Shown: positions 31,065-40,536 of the stretch, one piece after another
How the letters are laid out: the number at the start of each line of letters is the position of its first letter
How positions within the stretch are numbered: position 1 is the stretch's first letter
NCBI GenBank assembly: GCA_965226585.1
Contig: OZ245366.1
Coordinates: forward strand, 1,088,001 to 1,152,000
Origin: Thermodesulfobacteriota bacterium
GTDB taxonomy: Bacteria; Desulfobacterota_D; UBA1144; Nemesobacterales; Mycalebacteriaceae
Direction: 5' to 3'
DNA length: 64,000 bases
The notes under the pieces: model-generated
Told to the model about the DNA's origin: nothing
Databases searched by the model: none
What the model saw: only the letters and a program-made list of their open reading frames with translations
Position numbers and translations under genes: made by a program

Positions 31065-32200
31065 GGCGCGTCCGCCGTAACAACAAGGTTGTCGCGGTGT
31101 ATAACTTCATCGCCGTATTTGTAGCCGAGTATTTTTTCAATCTCTGAGGCTTTCGCCCCCATTATCCGCCGTGTTTCGTCTGACGAATACGAAGCGAGCC
31201 CGCGCGCTATTTCTTCGCCCTCAGGGCCCAGACACGATACGGGGTCTCCCCTGCCGAAATCGCCGCTTACTTTCGTAATTCCCGAAGGCAGAAGACTTTT
31301 GCCCGAACTGCCGACCGCTTTTGCCGCGCCTTCGTCAACGGTTATCTCGCCGCCGGATTTGAGCGTGTAGGCAATCCAGTGTTTGCGCGCCCCCAGTTTT
31401 TCCCCCGAACCGGAAATAAGGGTTCCCACCTCTTCGCCCCGGAAAATTCTGCCTATGTTTTCAAAATCCCGCCCGTCTGCTATAACCGAGGGAATGCCGG
31501 AAGCTGAAACCTTTTCCGCCGCCTGAAGTTTGGTTTTCATCCCTCCGGTTGTGGTTGCCCCCGAAGTTCCGCCCGCGCTTTTTTCAATCTCCCGGTCTAT
31601 TTTTTCTATCACCGGCAGAAGCTTCGCGCCTGAGTCTTTTTCGGGGTTTGAATCGTAAACACCCTCGGTGTTGGTGAGCATAAGCAGAACATCGGCTTCC
31701 ACAAGAACGGCGACAATGGCGGCAAGGTTGTCGTTGTCGCCGAACATTATTTCCTCAACCGCCACCGTGTCGTTTTCATTCACAACGGGAACAACGCCCA
31801 TCTCCATAAGTTCTTTGAAGGTGCCGCGCGCGTTGAGAAAGAAACGCCTGTCGGAAAGCCCCTCCTGCGTGAGAAGCACTTGCGCCGTGGACAAATCTTT
31901 TGCGGAAAACACCCGCTCGTAGTTCCACATAAGGTAGCTCTGCCCGCAGGCGGCAACCGCCTGTTTGGCGCGTACTGATTCAGGTCTGGAAGACATTTCG
32001 AGCTTTTTCATTCCCGCGGCAATCGCCCCCGAAGACACTATGATGACACGCGTTCCCTGCTCGCGCAGACGGGAAACCTCATCCGCGATGGAGCCGAACA
32101 CGTCTTCGTTCAAGCCGCCGTTTGAGACAAGAACACTGCTTCCTATCTTTATGACAGCGGTTTTAACCCGCGAAAAAAACTTTCTGTTTGTCTCCGGCAT
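31061..32200 (-). CDS. proB: Glutamate 5-kinase
   Basis: VIKIGSS, VSSGAIAAG, NENDTV, FGDNDNL, TGGMKTK, C-terminal PUA domain. Confidence 0.97.
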   Translation of the reverse strand: MPETNRKFFSRVKTAVIKIGSSVLVSNGGLNEDVFGSIADEVSRLREQGTRVIIVSSGAIAAGMKKLEMSSRPESVRAKQAVAACGQSYLMWNYERVFSAKDLSTAQVLLTQEGLSDRRFFLNARGTFKELMEMGVVPVVNENDTVAVEEIMFGDNDNLAAIVAVLVEADVLLMLTNTEGVYDSNPEKDSGAKLLPVIEKIDREIEKSAGGTSGATTTGGMKTKLQAAEKVSASGIPSVIADGRDFENIGRIFRGEEVGTLISGSGEKLGARKHWIAYTLKSGGEITVDEGAAKAVGSSGKSLLPSGITKVSGDFGRGDPVSCLGPEGEEIARGLASYSSDETRRIMGAKASEIEKILGYKYGDEVIHRDNLVVTADAP

Positions 32201-32285
32201 TTGCGTCTCCGGCGCGGCTTTGCGGGATGATTGACAGCCCCCGGCGCCGGTGGTATTTTCCCTCTTTGCGGTCAAAAGTAAAATC

Positions 32286-32359
32286 GCGGGAGTAGCTCAG
32301 TTGGTCAGAGCATTTGCTTCCCAAGCAAAGGGTCGCGGGTTCGAATCCCGTCTCCCGCT
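32286..32359 (+). tRNA. tRNA-Gly(CCC)
   Basis: Cloverleaf; anticodon arm TTTGC-TTCCCAA-GCAAA; GGTTCGAATCC T arm; CCA not encoded. Confidence 0.95.
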
Positions 32360-32415
32360 CGCCTTAAAACCTGTTGACATAAAAACTTGCGGGGGATAGC
32401 CTCATAGCCTTGAAT

Positions 32416-32489
32416 GCGGGAGTAGCTCAGCTGGCTAGAGCGTTTCCTTGCCAAGGAAAAGGTCGCGGGTTCGAATCCCGTCTCCCGCT
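32416..32489 (+). tRNA. tRNA-Gly(GCC)
   Basis: Cloverleaf; anticodon arm TTTCC-TTGCCAA-GGAAA; CCA not encoded. Confidence 0.95.
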
Positions 32490-32492
32490 CAC

Positions 32493-33092
32493 TTAACCGC
32501 TCATCGGAACAAATCCGGGTTGAGACTCAACCCTCTTCACCCATCCGGTAACCGCCGTGTATTGAGAAATGTCAACCTCGCCCTCATGCGCGAGCGCGAC
32601 GTACGGATAGCAGGCAATGTCTGCGATTGTGTAAGAGCCGGTGAGAAAATCCTTTCCCTCAAGGCAACCGTTTAGCACTTCAAGAGCCGCCCGCCCTTCC
32701 GCGCGTTTTTGTTCAAGCGCGGCTGTATCGATCTTTTTAGAGGGATATTTTGTCCAGAAACGCGAGAGCGCGAGTGGTGTGTCCAGAGTGGTTTTCCCGA
32801 AAACAACCCACTGGGCGGCTTTGCCGAAACCTTCCGGGTCTTCCGGCAGATACTTGTTCGGCGCAAACTTGCGTCCTATGTAGAACAGAAGCGCGTTTGA
32901 CTCCCACATAACAAAATCGCCGTCCACAAGAACGGGTATTTTGCAGTTCGGGTTCAGTTTCCTGAACTCATCCGTCTGATGCTCGCCGCTGAAAATATCA
33001 ACATTCACCTTCTCATACTCCGCGCCGAGATGAGAAAGCAGAAGTTCGGATTTGTAAGCGTTGCCCGAAAGGGGATGGGTATAAAGTTTCAC
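32493..33092 (-). CDS. Glutathione S-transferase family protein
   Basis: SGNAYK, LNPNCKIPVL, WESNALL, YTIADIACY. Confidence 0.92.
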   Translation of the reverse strand: MKLYTHPLSGNAYKSELLLSHLGAEYEKVNVDIFSGEHQTDEFRKLNPNCKIPVLVDGDFVMWESNALLFYIGRKFAPNKYLPEDPEGFGKAAQWVVFGKTTLDTPLALSRFWTKYPSKKIDTAALEQKRAEGRAALEVLNGCLEGKDFLTGSYTIADIACYPYVALAHEGEVDISQYTAVTGWVKRVESQPGFVPMSG

Positions 33093-33583
33093 TCCTTAAC
33101 ATACCTCTCAAACTTTCCTTTCAGCGTATCCTCTCCCAGAATGGCGTCCAGAGTTTTTCTGTCGGGCAGTCCGTAGGTTACAACCGCTTTCAGGGAGCTT
33201 CTGCCGTTTGCCCCCTTTATTGAAGCCGAAACGCGGACTGTTCTGCCCTTCTCTTCAAGCACCTTCGCGCGCGCTTCAAGAGGCCCGTCAAATCCCACCG
33301 GAGACAAGTAGCGCATATCTATCCTCGTTGTAACGCCCAGTTTTCCAACCTTGTCAAACATCGCCCAGAAAGCGAGTTCGTCTATAATCGCGCATTGAAT
33401 GCCGCCGTGAAGAATCCCCGGAAATCCGTTGAAATGCCTCTCAGGGCTCACGGTTGTGAACACCTCTTCTGTTTCATCATCAGCGTAGAATTTGAGTTTC
33501 AAACCGAACTCGTTGCCGGGGTGGCAGGCAAAACAGTTGTTGCCCGGAAGGTCTATAAAAACGTTTTCTATCTCTCGCGGCAC
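33089..33583 (-). CDS. PaaI family thioesterase (hotdog fold)
   Basis: CFACHPGNEFGLKL, GFPGILHGGIQCAIIDE; GTG start approximate. Confidence 0.85.
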   Translation of the reverse strand: MPREIENVFIDLPGNNCFACHPGNEFGLKLKFYADDETEEVFTTVSPERHFNGFPGILHGGIQCAIIDELAFWAMFDKVGKLGVTTRIDMRYLSPVGFDGPLEARAKVLEEKGRTVRVSASIKGANGRSSLKAVVTYGLPDRKTLDAILGEDTLKGKFERYVKE

Positions 33584-33590
33584 AGACGCC

Positions 33591-36152
33591 CTACTCTTCC
33601 TCTTCTCCGCCGTCCGGCTCTTCCGTGCCGGCGGGTTCGGCTCCGTTCGCGCCCTCAGGTTTGACATCTGATGCCCCGGAAGCGGCTTCTGTGCCGCTGC
33701 CCTCTTCGTCATCGTCCTCTCTCTCAACAACCCTTGCCGCCGCCGCTATGGTTTCGCCATCTTCAAGACGCACAATTCTCACGCCCTGCGCCACGCGCCC
33801 CGTGCTTCGTATCTCGCTCACGTTGACCCTTACAACCTTTCCGGCGGGCGTTGTGATGAGAATAAGCTGTGTTGCGTCCGTTACCTGAAAAGTGCCTATC
33901 ACCTTGCCGTTCTTCTGGGTTATATCAACGGTTTTCACGCCCTTGCCGCCGCGCCGTATCTGCCTGTAATTTGCCGCGCGCGTCCGCTTGCCGAAGCCCT
34001 TTTCCGTAACGGTAAGCATCTGCTGTGTTTCGGGGTCTTCCACAACTTCAAGGCTGACAAGATGGTCGCTCTGCTCCAGATTGAACCCTTTGACGCCCGC
34101 CGCCGCTCTTCCCATCGCGCGCACTTGAGACTCTTCAAAACGTATCGCCTTGCCTCCGTGAGACGACAGGAAAATCTCGCTCGACCCGTCTGTAACTCTC
34201 ACCGCGACAAGTTCATCGCCGTCTTTGATGTTGAGGGCGATTATCCCGCCCGAACGCGGACGCGAATACGCCATCAGGCTTGTTTTCTTCACAATGCCGC
34301 GCCGTGTTGCCATGAGGATAAATTTCCCCTCTTCAAACTTTTTCACCGGAAGCACGGCGGCAACCTTTTCGCCGTCACTCAGGTTGAGAAGGTTCACCAT
34401 CGCCCTGCCCTTTGCCGTTCTTCCCGCTTCGGGTATTTCGTAAACCTTCAGCCAGTGGCATCTGCCGTGATTTGTGAAGAAAAGAACATAGTTGTGGTTT
34501 GATGCCGTGAACAGGTCTTCAACAAAATCGCTCTCGCGGGTTGTCATTCCCTTTTTGCCTTTGCCGCCGCGCCGCTGGCTTCTGTAAATGCTGAGCGGCG
34601 TGGTTTTTATGTATCCCTCGTGCGAGATAGTTACCACCATATCCTCGTCTGAAATGAGGTCTTCAATTGATATTTCCTCAACGTTTCCAAGTATCTCCGT
34701 TCTTCTTTTGTCCGCGTATTTGCTTTTTATCTCAATCAGCTCTTCGCTGACGATTTTGAGAATCAGGTCTTCGTTGGCGAGAATCTTTTTGAGTTCCGCC
34801 ACGGTTTCAAGAAGTTCTTTTCTTTCTTCAAGGATTTTGTCTCTTTCAAGGGCGGTGAGACGCTGGAGCCTCATGTCAAGAATTGCCTGCGCCTGAATTT
34901 CGGAAAGAGAAAGTTTTTTCACAAGCCCGCCCTTTGCCTCTTCGGGGCTTTTGGATCCTCTTATCAGTTTGATAACTTCGTCCAGATTGTCGAGGGCTAT
35001 CTTCAGACCCTCAAGGATGTGGAGGCGCGCTTCGGCTTTTTGAAGTTCAAACAGCGTGCGGCGGATAACCACTTCCATGCGATGTTTTATAAACTCCGCA
35101 AGGGCGCGTTTGAGGCTCAGCACTTCGGGCTGGTTGCCGACAAGGGCAAGCATTATCACGCCGAAAGACGTGTCCATCTGCGTATTTTTGTAGAGTTGGT
35201 TGAGAATTACTTCCGCGTTTTCGCCCCTTTTGAGTTCAACCACAAGGCGTATTCCGTCTCTGTCTGATTCGTCTCTTATATCGCTTATGCCTTTGATTTT
35301 CTCTTCTTTGACAAGTTCCGCGATGCGTTCAATCAGTTTGACTTTATTAACCTGATAAGGGATTTCGCTTATCACAACGAGGCTTTTGTCGCCTTTTTTC
35401 TGTTTTTCTATCGCGGCGCGGGCGCGGATTTTGATTATCCCTCTGCCGGTTTCGTAAATCTCTTGCATGGGCGTACTGCCGTGGAGAAATCCGCCGGTCG
35501 GAAAGTCCGGACCGGGCATATGTTTTACGAGTTCAGCGGTTGTGATGTCCGGGTTTTTAATCTGCGCGGTAATGGCGTCAACAAGTTCGCCGAGGTTGTG
35601 CGGCGGTATGTTTGTTGACATTCCGACCGCGATACCTGCGGAGCCGTTCAGAAGCAGGTTGGGCAGTTTTGCCGGAAGCACGGCGGGTTCATGTTCTCCG
35701 CCGTCGTAGTTTGGAATGAAGTCAACGGTGTTTTTGTCAAGGTTGTCCAGAAGTTCGCCCGCTATTTTGTCAAGGCGGACTTCGGTGTATCTCATCGCGG
35801 CGGGCGGGTCTCCGTCCATTGAGCCGAAGTTGCCCTGTCCGTCAACAAGGGGGTAGCGCATGGAGAAATCCTGCGCCATTCTCACAAGTGTGTCGTAGAT
35901 TGCCGAATCGCCGTGAGGGTGAAATTTTCCCATCACTTCTCCGACTATTCTGGCGGATTTTTTGTAGGGTCTGTTCCAGGCGTTTCCGGCTTCGTGCATT
36001 CCGTAGAGAATACGTCTGTGAACGGGTTTCATTCCGTCTCTGACATCCGGCAACGCTCTGCCCACAATAACAGACATTGAGTAGGAGAGATAAGAGTCTT
36101 TCATCTCATCTTCGATGCTTGCGGGAAGGAAACGCGATTTGTCGTCTGCCAT
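33591..36152 (-). CDS. gyrA: DNA gyrase subunit A
   Basis: [17 protein letters not shown], GyrA box QRRGGKG, beta-pinwheel repeats, acidic tail. Confidence 0.98.
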   Translation of the reverse strand: MADDKSRFLPASIEDEMKDSYLSYSMSVIVGRALPDVRDGMKPVHRRILYGMHEAGNAWNRPYKKSARIVGEVMGKFHPHGDSAIYDTLVRMAQDFSMRYPLVDGQGNFGSMDGDPPAAMRYTEVRLDKIAGELLDNLDKNTVDFIPNYDGGEHEPAVLPAKLPNLLLNGSAGIAVGMSTNIPPHNLGELVDAITAQIKNPDITTAELVKHMPGPDFPTGGFLHGSTPMQEIYETGRGIIKIRARAAIEKQKKGDKSLVVISEIPYQVNKVKLIERIAELVKEEKIKGISDIRDESDRDGIRLVVELKRGENAEVILNQLYKNTQMDTSFGVIMLALVGNQPEVLSLKRALAEFIKHRMEVVIRRTLFELQKAEARLHILEGLKIALDNLDEVIKLIRGSKSPEEAKGGLVKKLSLSEIQAQAILDMRLQRLTALERDKILEERKELLETVAELKKILANEDLILKIVSEELIEIKSKYADKRRTEILGNVEEISIEDLISDEDMVVTISHEGYIKTTPLSIYRSQRRGGKGKKGMTTRESDFVEDLFTASNHNYVLFFTNHGRCHWLKVYEIPEAGRTAKGRAMVNLLNLSDGEKVAAVLPVKKFEEGKFILMATRRGIVKKTSLMAYSRPRSGGIIALNIKDGDELVAVRVTDGSSEIFLSSHGGKAIRFEESQVRAMGRAAAGVKGFNLEQSDHLVSLEVVEDPETQQMLTVTEKGFGKRTRAANYRQIRRGGKGVKTVDITQKNGKVIGTFQVTDATQLILITTPAGKVVRVNVSEIRSTGRVAQGVRIVRLEDGETIAAAARVVEREDDDEEGSGTEAASGASDVKPEGANGAEPAGTEEPDGGEEEE

Positions 36153-36280
36153 ATGTAAAAGTTCTCCGGGGTTCCGCCTTTTTGAGATTGGGAAAGGCGT
36201 TAATCGATAGTGATTATATTACAAACGGGGCGCGTAATCAATCGCCACGCTGTTACTCTTTTTCCCTGTCAACTCCTCTA

Positions 36281-36355
36281 TGTCATTCCGTGCTTGACAC
36301 GGAATCCAGTATTGTTTGTTGTGTAATACCGGATTCCTGCTTTCGCAGGAATGAC
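36281..36355. repeat. REP/RPE-like palindromic element (two inverted hairpin units)
   Basis: GTCATTCCGTGCTTGACACGGAATCC ... GGATTCCTGCTTTCGCAGGAATGAC; outer ends GTCATTCC/GGAATGAC complementary. Confidence 0.75.
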
Positions 36356-36427
36356 GAGAGGGGGCAACGGAATGAGGGGTAGAACATAGGAATGACGGGA
36401 AACAAAAATGACGGGAGGGAATGAAAA

Positions 36428-36973
36428 TTGCGCATAATCACGGGTTCGGCTAAGGGCAGGAAACTTAAAACCGCTTCAAGCGGGGTGCGCCCTATGTCGG
36501 CACGGGTGAAAAAATCCGTCTTTGACACCCTTGGCAACTTGAACAATGCCGAAGTGCTGGACGTGTTTGCCGGTTCGGGCGCGCTTGGGATTGAGTGCGT
36601 CAGCAGAGGCGCAGGCTCGGCGGTGTTTGTTGAGAAAAACCAGAAAGTGGCAAACATTATCGGGCAAAACATCAAGGAATGCGGCTTTGAGGACAAATGC
36701 AAACTCATTCGCGCAGACTACAAAAAAGCGGCATCCATTCTGACTGAAAGCGGAAGAAAATTTGACATCATTTTTGTAATGCCCCCCTACGCCCTTTATA
36801 AAAAGGTTTCACGCGGGGAACTGGAAAAGTGTTTTTCGCCCCTGCTGTCGCAAAACGGCAGAATTGTAATAGAGTATGAAACAGACGGGGATGACGGAAA
36901 AGCGGAATCCGGCGTAAATCGCGTGACGAAAAAATACGGCGGAACAACCGTAAGCATCATTTCTGCGGGGTGA
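36428..36973 (+). CDS. rsmD: 16S rRNA m2G966 methyltransferase
   Basis: MRIITGSAKGRKL, LDVFAGSGALGIE, PPY; adjacent to coaD. Confidence 0.9.
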   Translation: MRIITGSAKGRKLKTASSGVRPMSARVKKSVFDTLGNLNNAEVLDVFAGSGALGIECVSRGAGSAVFVEKNQKVANIIGQNIKECGFEDKCKLIRADYKKAASILTESGRKFDIIFVMPPYALYKKVSRGELEKCFSPLLSQNGRIVIEYETDGDDGKAESGVNRVTKKYGGTTVSIISAG

Positions 36974-36975
36974 AA

Positions 36976-37467
36976 ATGAAAAGGACGGCTATATATCCGG
37001 GGTCTTTCGACCCGCTCACGCTCGGGCACATCAACATCATCGAGCGCGGCGCGGAGGTCTTTGACGAAATAACAGTCGCCGTGGCGCGGCAAATCTCCAA
37101 AAACGCAATCTTCTCGCCCGAAGAAAGAGTGGATATGGTTAAGCGTGCAACGAAAGGGAAAAAGAACATCAAGGTGGACAGTTTTGACGGTCTGCTTATG
37201 GATTACGCTTCATCAAAGGGAGCAAAAACGATACTCAGGGGAATGAGAAGCGTTTCGGATTTTGAATACGAGTTGCGCATGGCGACCGCGAACAAAGCAC
37301 TCAGCCCCGAAGTGGAAACGGTTTTTATGGTTACAGACGCAAAACACTCACACATAAGTTCATCGCTTATAAAAGAGATAGTTTCTCTGGGCGGCCCGGC
37401 AAAGGGATTTGTTTCCGGCTTCGTTGAGAAACGCTTGCGGGAAAAACTGCTGAAACAAAACGTTTGA
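36976..37467 (+). CDS. coaD: Phosphopantetheine adenylyltransferase
   Basis: IYPGSFDPLTLGH, RGMRSVSDFEYE, ISSSLIKE. Confidence 0.97.
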   Translation: MKRTAIYPGSFDPLTLGHINIIERGAEVFDEITVAVARQISKNAIFSPEERVDMVKRATKGKKNIKVDSFDGLLMDYASSKGAKTILRGMRSVSDFEYELRMATANKALSPEVETVFMVTDAKHSHISSSLIKEIVSLGGPAKGFVSGFVEKRLREKLLKQNV

Positions 37468-37477
37468 GGTTGGTAAA

Positions 37478-38674
37478 ATGGGCATAGAAGTCTCAAAAAA
37501 AGCGGCGGGAATAAAGCAATCCGCCACCCTCGCCATTACGGCGAAGGTGAAAGAGTTGAAAACTCAAGGCGTTGACGTCATCGGGTTCGGGGCGGGCGAG
37601 CCGGATTTCGACACGCCCGGAAACATCAAAGACGCCGGAATTGATTCCATCAAAGACGGATTTACCAAATACACCCCGGTCGGCGGAGTCGCGGAACTGA
37701 AAGACGCGATAATAGCGAGAATAAAGCAAGACTACGGAATTGAATACTCACAAAACGAAGTGATGGCATCGTGCGGGGCAAAACACACGCTCTACAACAT
37801 AGCGCAATCCGTTTTCAACCCGGGCGACGAAGTGATTGTGCCCGCGCCCTACTGGGTTTCCTATCCGGCGCAAATCGAACTTGCGGGAGCCGTTCCGGTG
37901 ATTGTTGAAACAAACATCAAAGAAGAGTTCAAACTCACGCCTCAGGCACTTGAAAAGAAAATCACCCCGAAAACACGCGCGCTGATACTGAACTACCCTT
38001 CCAATCCCACCGGGGCAACTTATGACGAAAAAGAGTTGAAAGCAATCGCCGAAACCGCCCTTGAAGCCGGAATGTGCGTTATATCGGATGAGATATACGA
38101 CAAAATTCTCTACGGCGGACGGACGCACACACCCGTTGCGGCGCTTGGCAAAAAGTTCAAAGAGAACTCCATTCTTGTCAACGGCGTTTCAAAAACCTAC
38201 TCAATGACGGGCTGGAGAATTGGCTACGCGGCGGGAGACAAAGACGTTATCGCGGCGATGTCCAGAATACAGGGGCAGAGCACCTCAAACCCGCCGTCAA
38301 TGGCTCAAGCGGCGGCAATTGAAGCCCTTTCGGGCAGTCAGGAAGTTACGGGCAGACGCGCTGAGGAGTTTGAACGCAGAAAAGATTTCATCACCTCAAG
38401 GGTGAAAGAGATGGGATTTGACTGCATGCCGCCTCACGGCGCGTTCTATATCTTCCCCTCAATAGAAAGCTTCATAGGGAAAAAATTCGGTGATAAAACA
38501 ATTACAGACAGCTTTGAGTTCACGGAGTTTCTGTTGAATCAGGCAAAAGTCGCAGTCGTTCCGGGCGTGGAGTTCGGGATGGAAAATCACGTCAGAATCT
38601 CCTACGCGACCTCAATGGAAAACATTGAGGAGGGAATGAACAGAGTGGAGAAGGCAGTCTCCGCCCTTTCCTGA
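37478..38674 (+). CDS. aspC: Aspartate aminotransferase (class I PLP enzyme)
   Basis: GAGEPDFDTP, PYWVSY, PSNPTG, SDEIY, SKTYSMTGWRIGY. Confidence 0.88.
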   Translation: MGIEVSKKAAGIKQSATLAITAKVKELKTQGVDVIGFGAGEPDFDTPGNIKDAGIDSIKDGFTKYTPVGGVAELKDAIIARIKQDYGIEYSQNEVMASCGAKHTLYNIAQSVFNPGDEVIVPAPYWVSYPAQIELAGAVPVIVETNIKEEFKLTPQALEKKITPKTRALILNYPSNPTGATYDEKELKAIAETALEAGMCVISDEIYDKILYGGRTHTPVAALGKKFKENSILVNGVSKTYSMTGWRIGYAAGDKDVIAAMSRIQGQSTSNPPSMAQAAAIEALSGSQEVTGRRAEEFERRKDFITSRVKEMGFDCMPPHGAFYIFPSIESFIGKKFGDKTITDSFEFTEFLLNQAKVAVVPGVEFGMENHVRISYATSMENIEEGMNRVEKAVSALS

Positions 38675-38676
38675 AA

Positions 38677-39720
38677 GTGTCTTTCTCCGCCGCCATACCA
38701 CTCAGCCTGTCGGGAGAGTTCTCGGCTCTCGGAAACAAAGCCCTTGAGGGCGTCCAACTTTGGAAACTGTATGCGTCATCGCTTTCCGGGTGTCCGGTTG
38801 AGTTGACGGTTGAAGACGACGAAAGTTCTGAGCGAAAAGCCGGGGAGATAACGGAAAAGTTTTGCGCCGACAAAACGGTTGATGCCGTTTTTGGTCCGTA
38901 TTCAAGCCGCCTCACACTTGCCGCCGCAAAAGCCGCCCGGAAGTCGGGAAGAACACTCTGGAATCACGGCGGAGCGTCTGACGAGACAGACAAATACCCC
39001 AATATCATAAGCGCCATAACCCCCGCGGGCGGCTATTTCGCCCCCGCTGTTGAAATGATCTCAGGCGGCAAATCCGGGCGCGCGGTGATTGTGAGCGCGA
39101 AGGGAAGCGGATTTTCAAAAGCGGTTACGGACGGAGCGGAAAAGCTTGCCGCAGAGGCGGGAATAAAAGTTGCGCGTGTTGAGTACGACCGCTCAGAGGG
39201 CGCGGAGCGTGTTGCCGGTGAGTTGAAAAAAACCGACTCTCTTCTGTGTGCCGGAAGAATGGAGGACGACATCGCGCTTGCTGAGAAAATTCTCTCAATG
39301 AGCGGAAAACCGGCATTTCTCTGTTTTGTCGCGGCGGGAATTGACGAGTTCGGCGCAATCTTCGGAGAACGGGCGGAAGGCGTTCATTCGGTAAGCCAGT
39401 GGGAGGAGAGCGCCGCGCCGCAAGAGCCGGACTTCGGGCCCTCTCCGGCTGTGTTTGCAGGGCTTTTCCGCAAGCGGTACGGACATCCGCCCGACTATCC
39501 CGCCGCGCAGGCGTTCAACATCGGGCTTGTGGCTCAGAAATGCGCCGCGAGCGCGGGAACAACAGATGACGAATTGATGAGAAAAGCGGCGCTTGAACTG
39601 GATTTCACAACATTCTACGGCAGGTTCAAAACCGACGGACGCGGAAAACAGATTGGACACAAAACGGTCGTTACCCTCTGGCGCGGCGGGAGGCGGGTTG
39701 TCTTGAACGATGGCGGGTAA
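38677..39720 (+). CDS. LivJ/LivK-type substrate-binding-fold protein without signal peptide
   Basis: PLSLSGEFSALG, VEDDES, VFGPYSS, PDYPAAQA, TFYGRFK. Confidence 0.78.
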   Translation: MSFSAAIPLSLSGEFSALGNKALEGVQLWKLYASSLSGCPVELTVEDDESSERKAGEITEKFCADKTVDAVFGPYSSRLTLAAAKAARKSGRTLWNHGGASDETDKYPNIISAITPAGGYFAPAVEMISGGKSGRAVIVSAKGSGFSKAVTDGAEKLAAEAGIKVARVEYDRSEGAERVAGELKKTDSLLCAGRMEDDIALAEKILSMSGKPAFLCFVAAGIDEFGAIFGERAEGVHSVSQWEESAAPQEPDFGPSPAVFAGLFRKRYGHPPDYPAAQAFNIGLVAQKCAASAGTTDDELMRKAALELDFTTFYGRFKTDGRGKQIGHKTVVTLWRGGRRVVLNDGG

Positions 39721-39759
39721 GGAGAAATCCTATCGCGGTGAAGGGGTTTTTCCGAAATA

Positions 39760-39835
<76 letters not shown>

Positions 39836-39862
39836 AAAAACCGGTGTCAATCTTTCCTCTAA

Positions 39863-39935
39863 TGGAGGTGAGCGGGCTCGAACCGCCGACCTCCGGCTTG
39901 CAAAGCCGGCGCTCTCCCAACTGAGCTACACCCCC
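39863..39935 (-). tRNA. tRNA-Ala(TGC)
   Basis: Reverse complement GGGGGTGTAGCTCAG...CCGGC-TTTGCAA-GCCGG. Confidence 0.95.
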
Positions 39936-39987
39936 TTTAAGAAAAGTGAAAATATTCACTCTCCCTGTAATTCCAAACCATTTTCAA

Positions 39988-40062
<75 letters not shown>

Positions 40063-40075
40063 CCGCAAAGGGCAA

Positions 40076-40104
40076 AGTGTATAAACAATCGGGGAGAGTG
40101 TCAA
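40076..40104 (-). promoter_or_regulatory. Sigma70-type promoter for the tRNA-Ile/Ala/Ala cluster
   Basis: TTGACA-17 nt-TACACT, 13 nt upstream of tRNA-Ile. Confidence 0.75.
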
Positions 40105-40123
40105 AAACGGGCGGCGGGCGTTT

Positions 40124-40465
40124 TCACTTCTTCGTCAAATGCCATCCGTTGCCCGCAGGGCACTTGTAAACATCCAGCACAACTCCCCTTTTCCCTTTCA
40201 TTTGGCATACCCGCCGCGCTTCACCCTCTGTTTCGTAGATGTCTTTGTTGACGCCTTCAGCGCTTGTGCAATGCTCGCAGGTTTTTCCCGGCGCCTGCCC
40301 GCCGGGCCCTATGTGAAAATAGCCGCAATCTTTGCACGCGTAGGGGAAAAGTTCATAGCCGTATTCCGCTTTTGCGTAGTCCGCCCCTTCCCGCGCTTCG
40401 CTCCGCGAGCCATATTCTGTGAGAGCTCCGTTTGCGCCGAAGCATGTCTTGCTTTTTCTTCTCAT
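40124..40465 (-). CDS. Small Cys/His protein with an internally duplicated motif
   Basis: Y.S/T..EA.R ... Y.C...G.F/WH occurs twice. Confidence 0.7.
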   Translation of the reverse strand: MRRKSKTCFGANGALTEYGSRSEAREGADYAKAEYGYELFPYACKDCGYFHIGPGGQAPGKTCEHCTSAEGVNKDIYETEGEARRVCQMKGKRGVVLDVYKCPAGNGWHLTKK

Positions 40466-40536
40466 CGCGTTCCATCCTCTGCGGAGAAACATTAAAACAA
40501 ATTGGATGGAGAGCCGTCAACTCTGAAACGGGGAAA

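Noticed and set aside
32286..32489. Repeated tRNA-Gly 3' halves as attL/attR of an integrated element
   Set aside because: Both copies are complete tRNAs with different anticodons, only 56 bp apart, with no cargo between them
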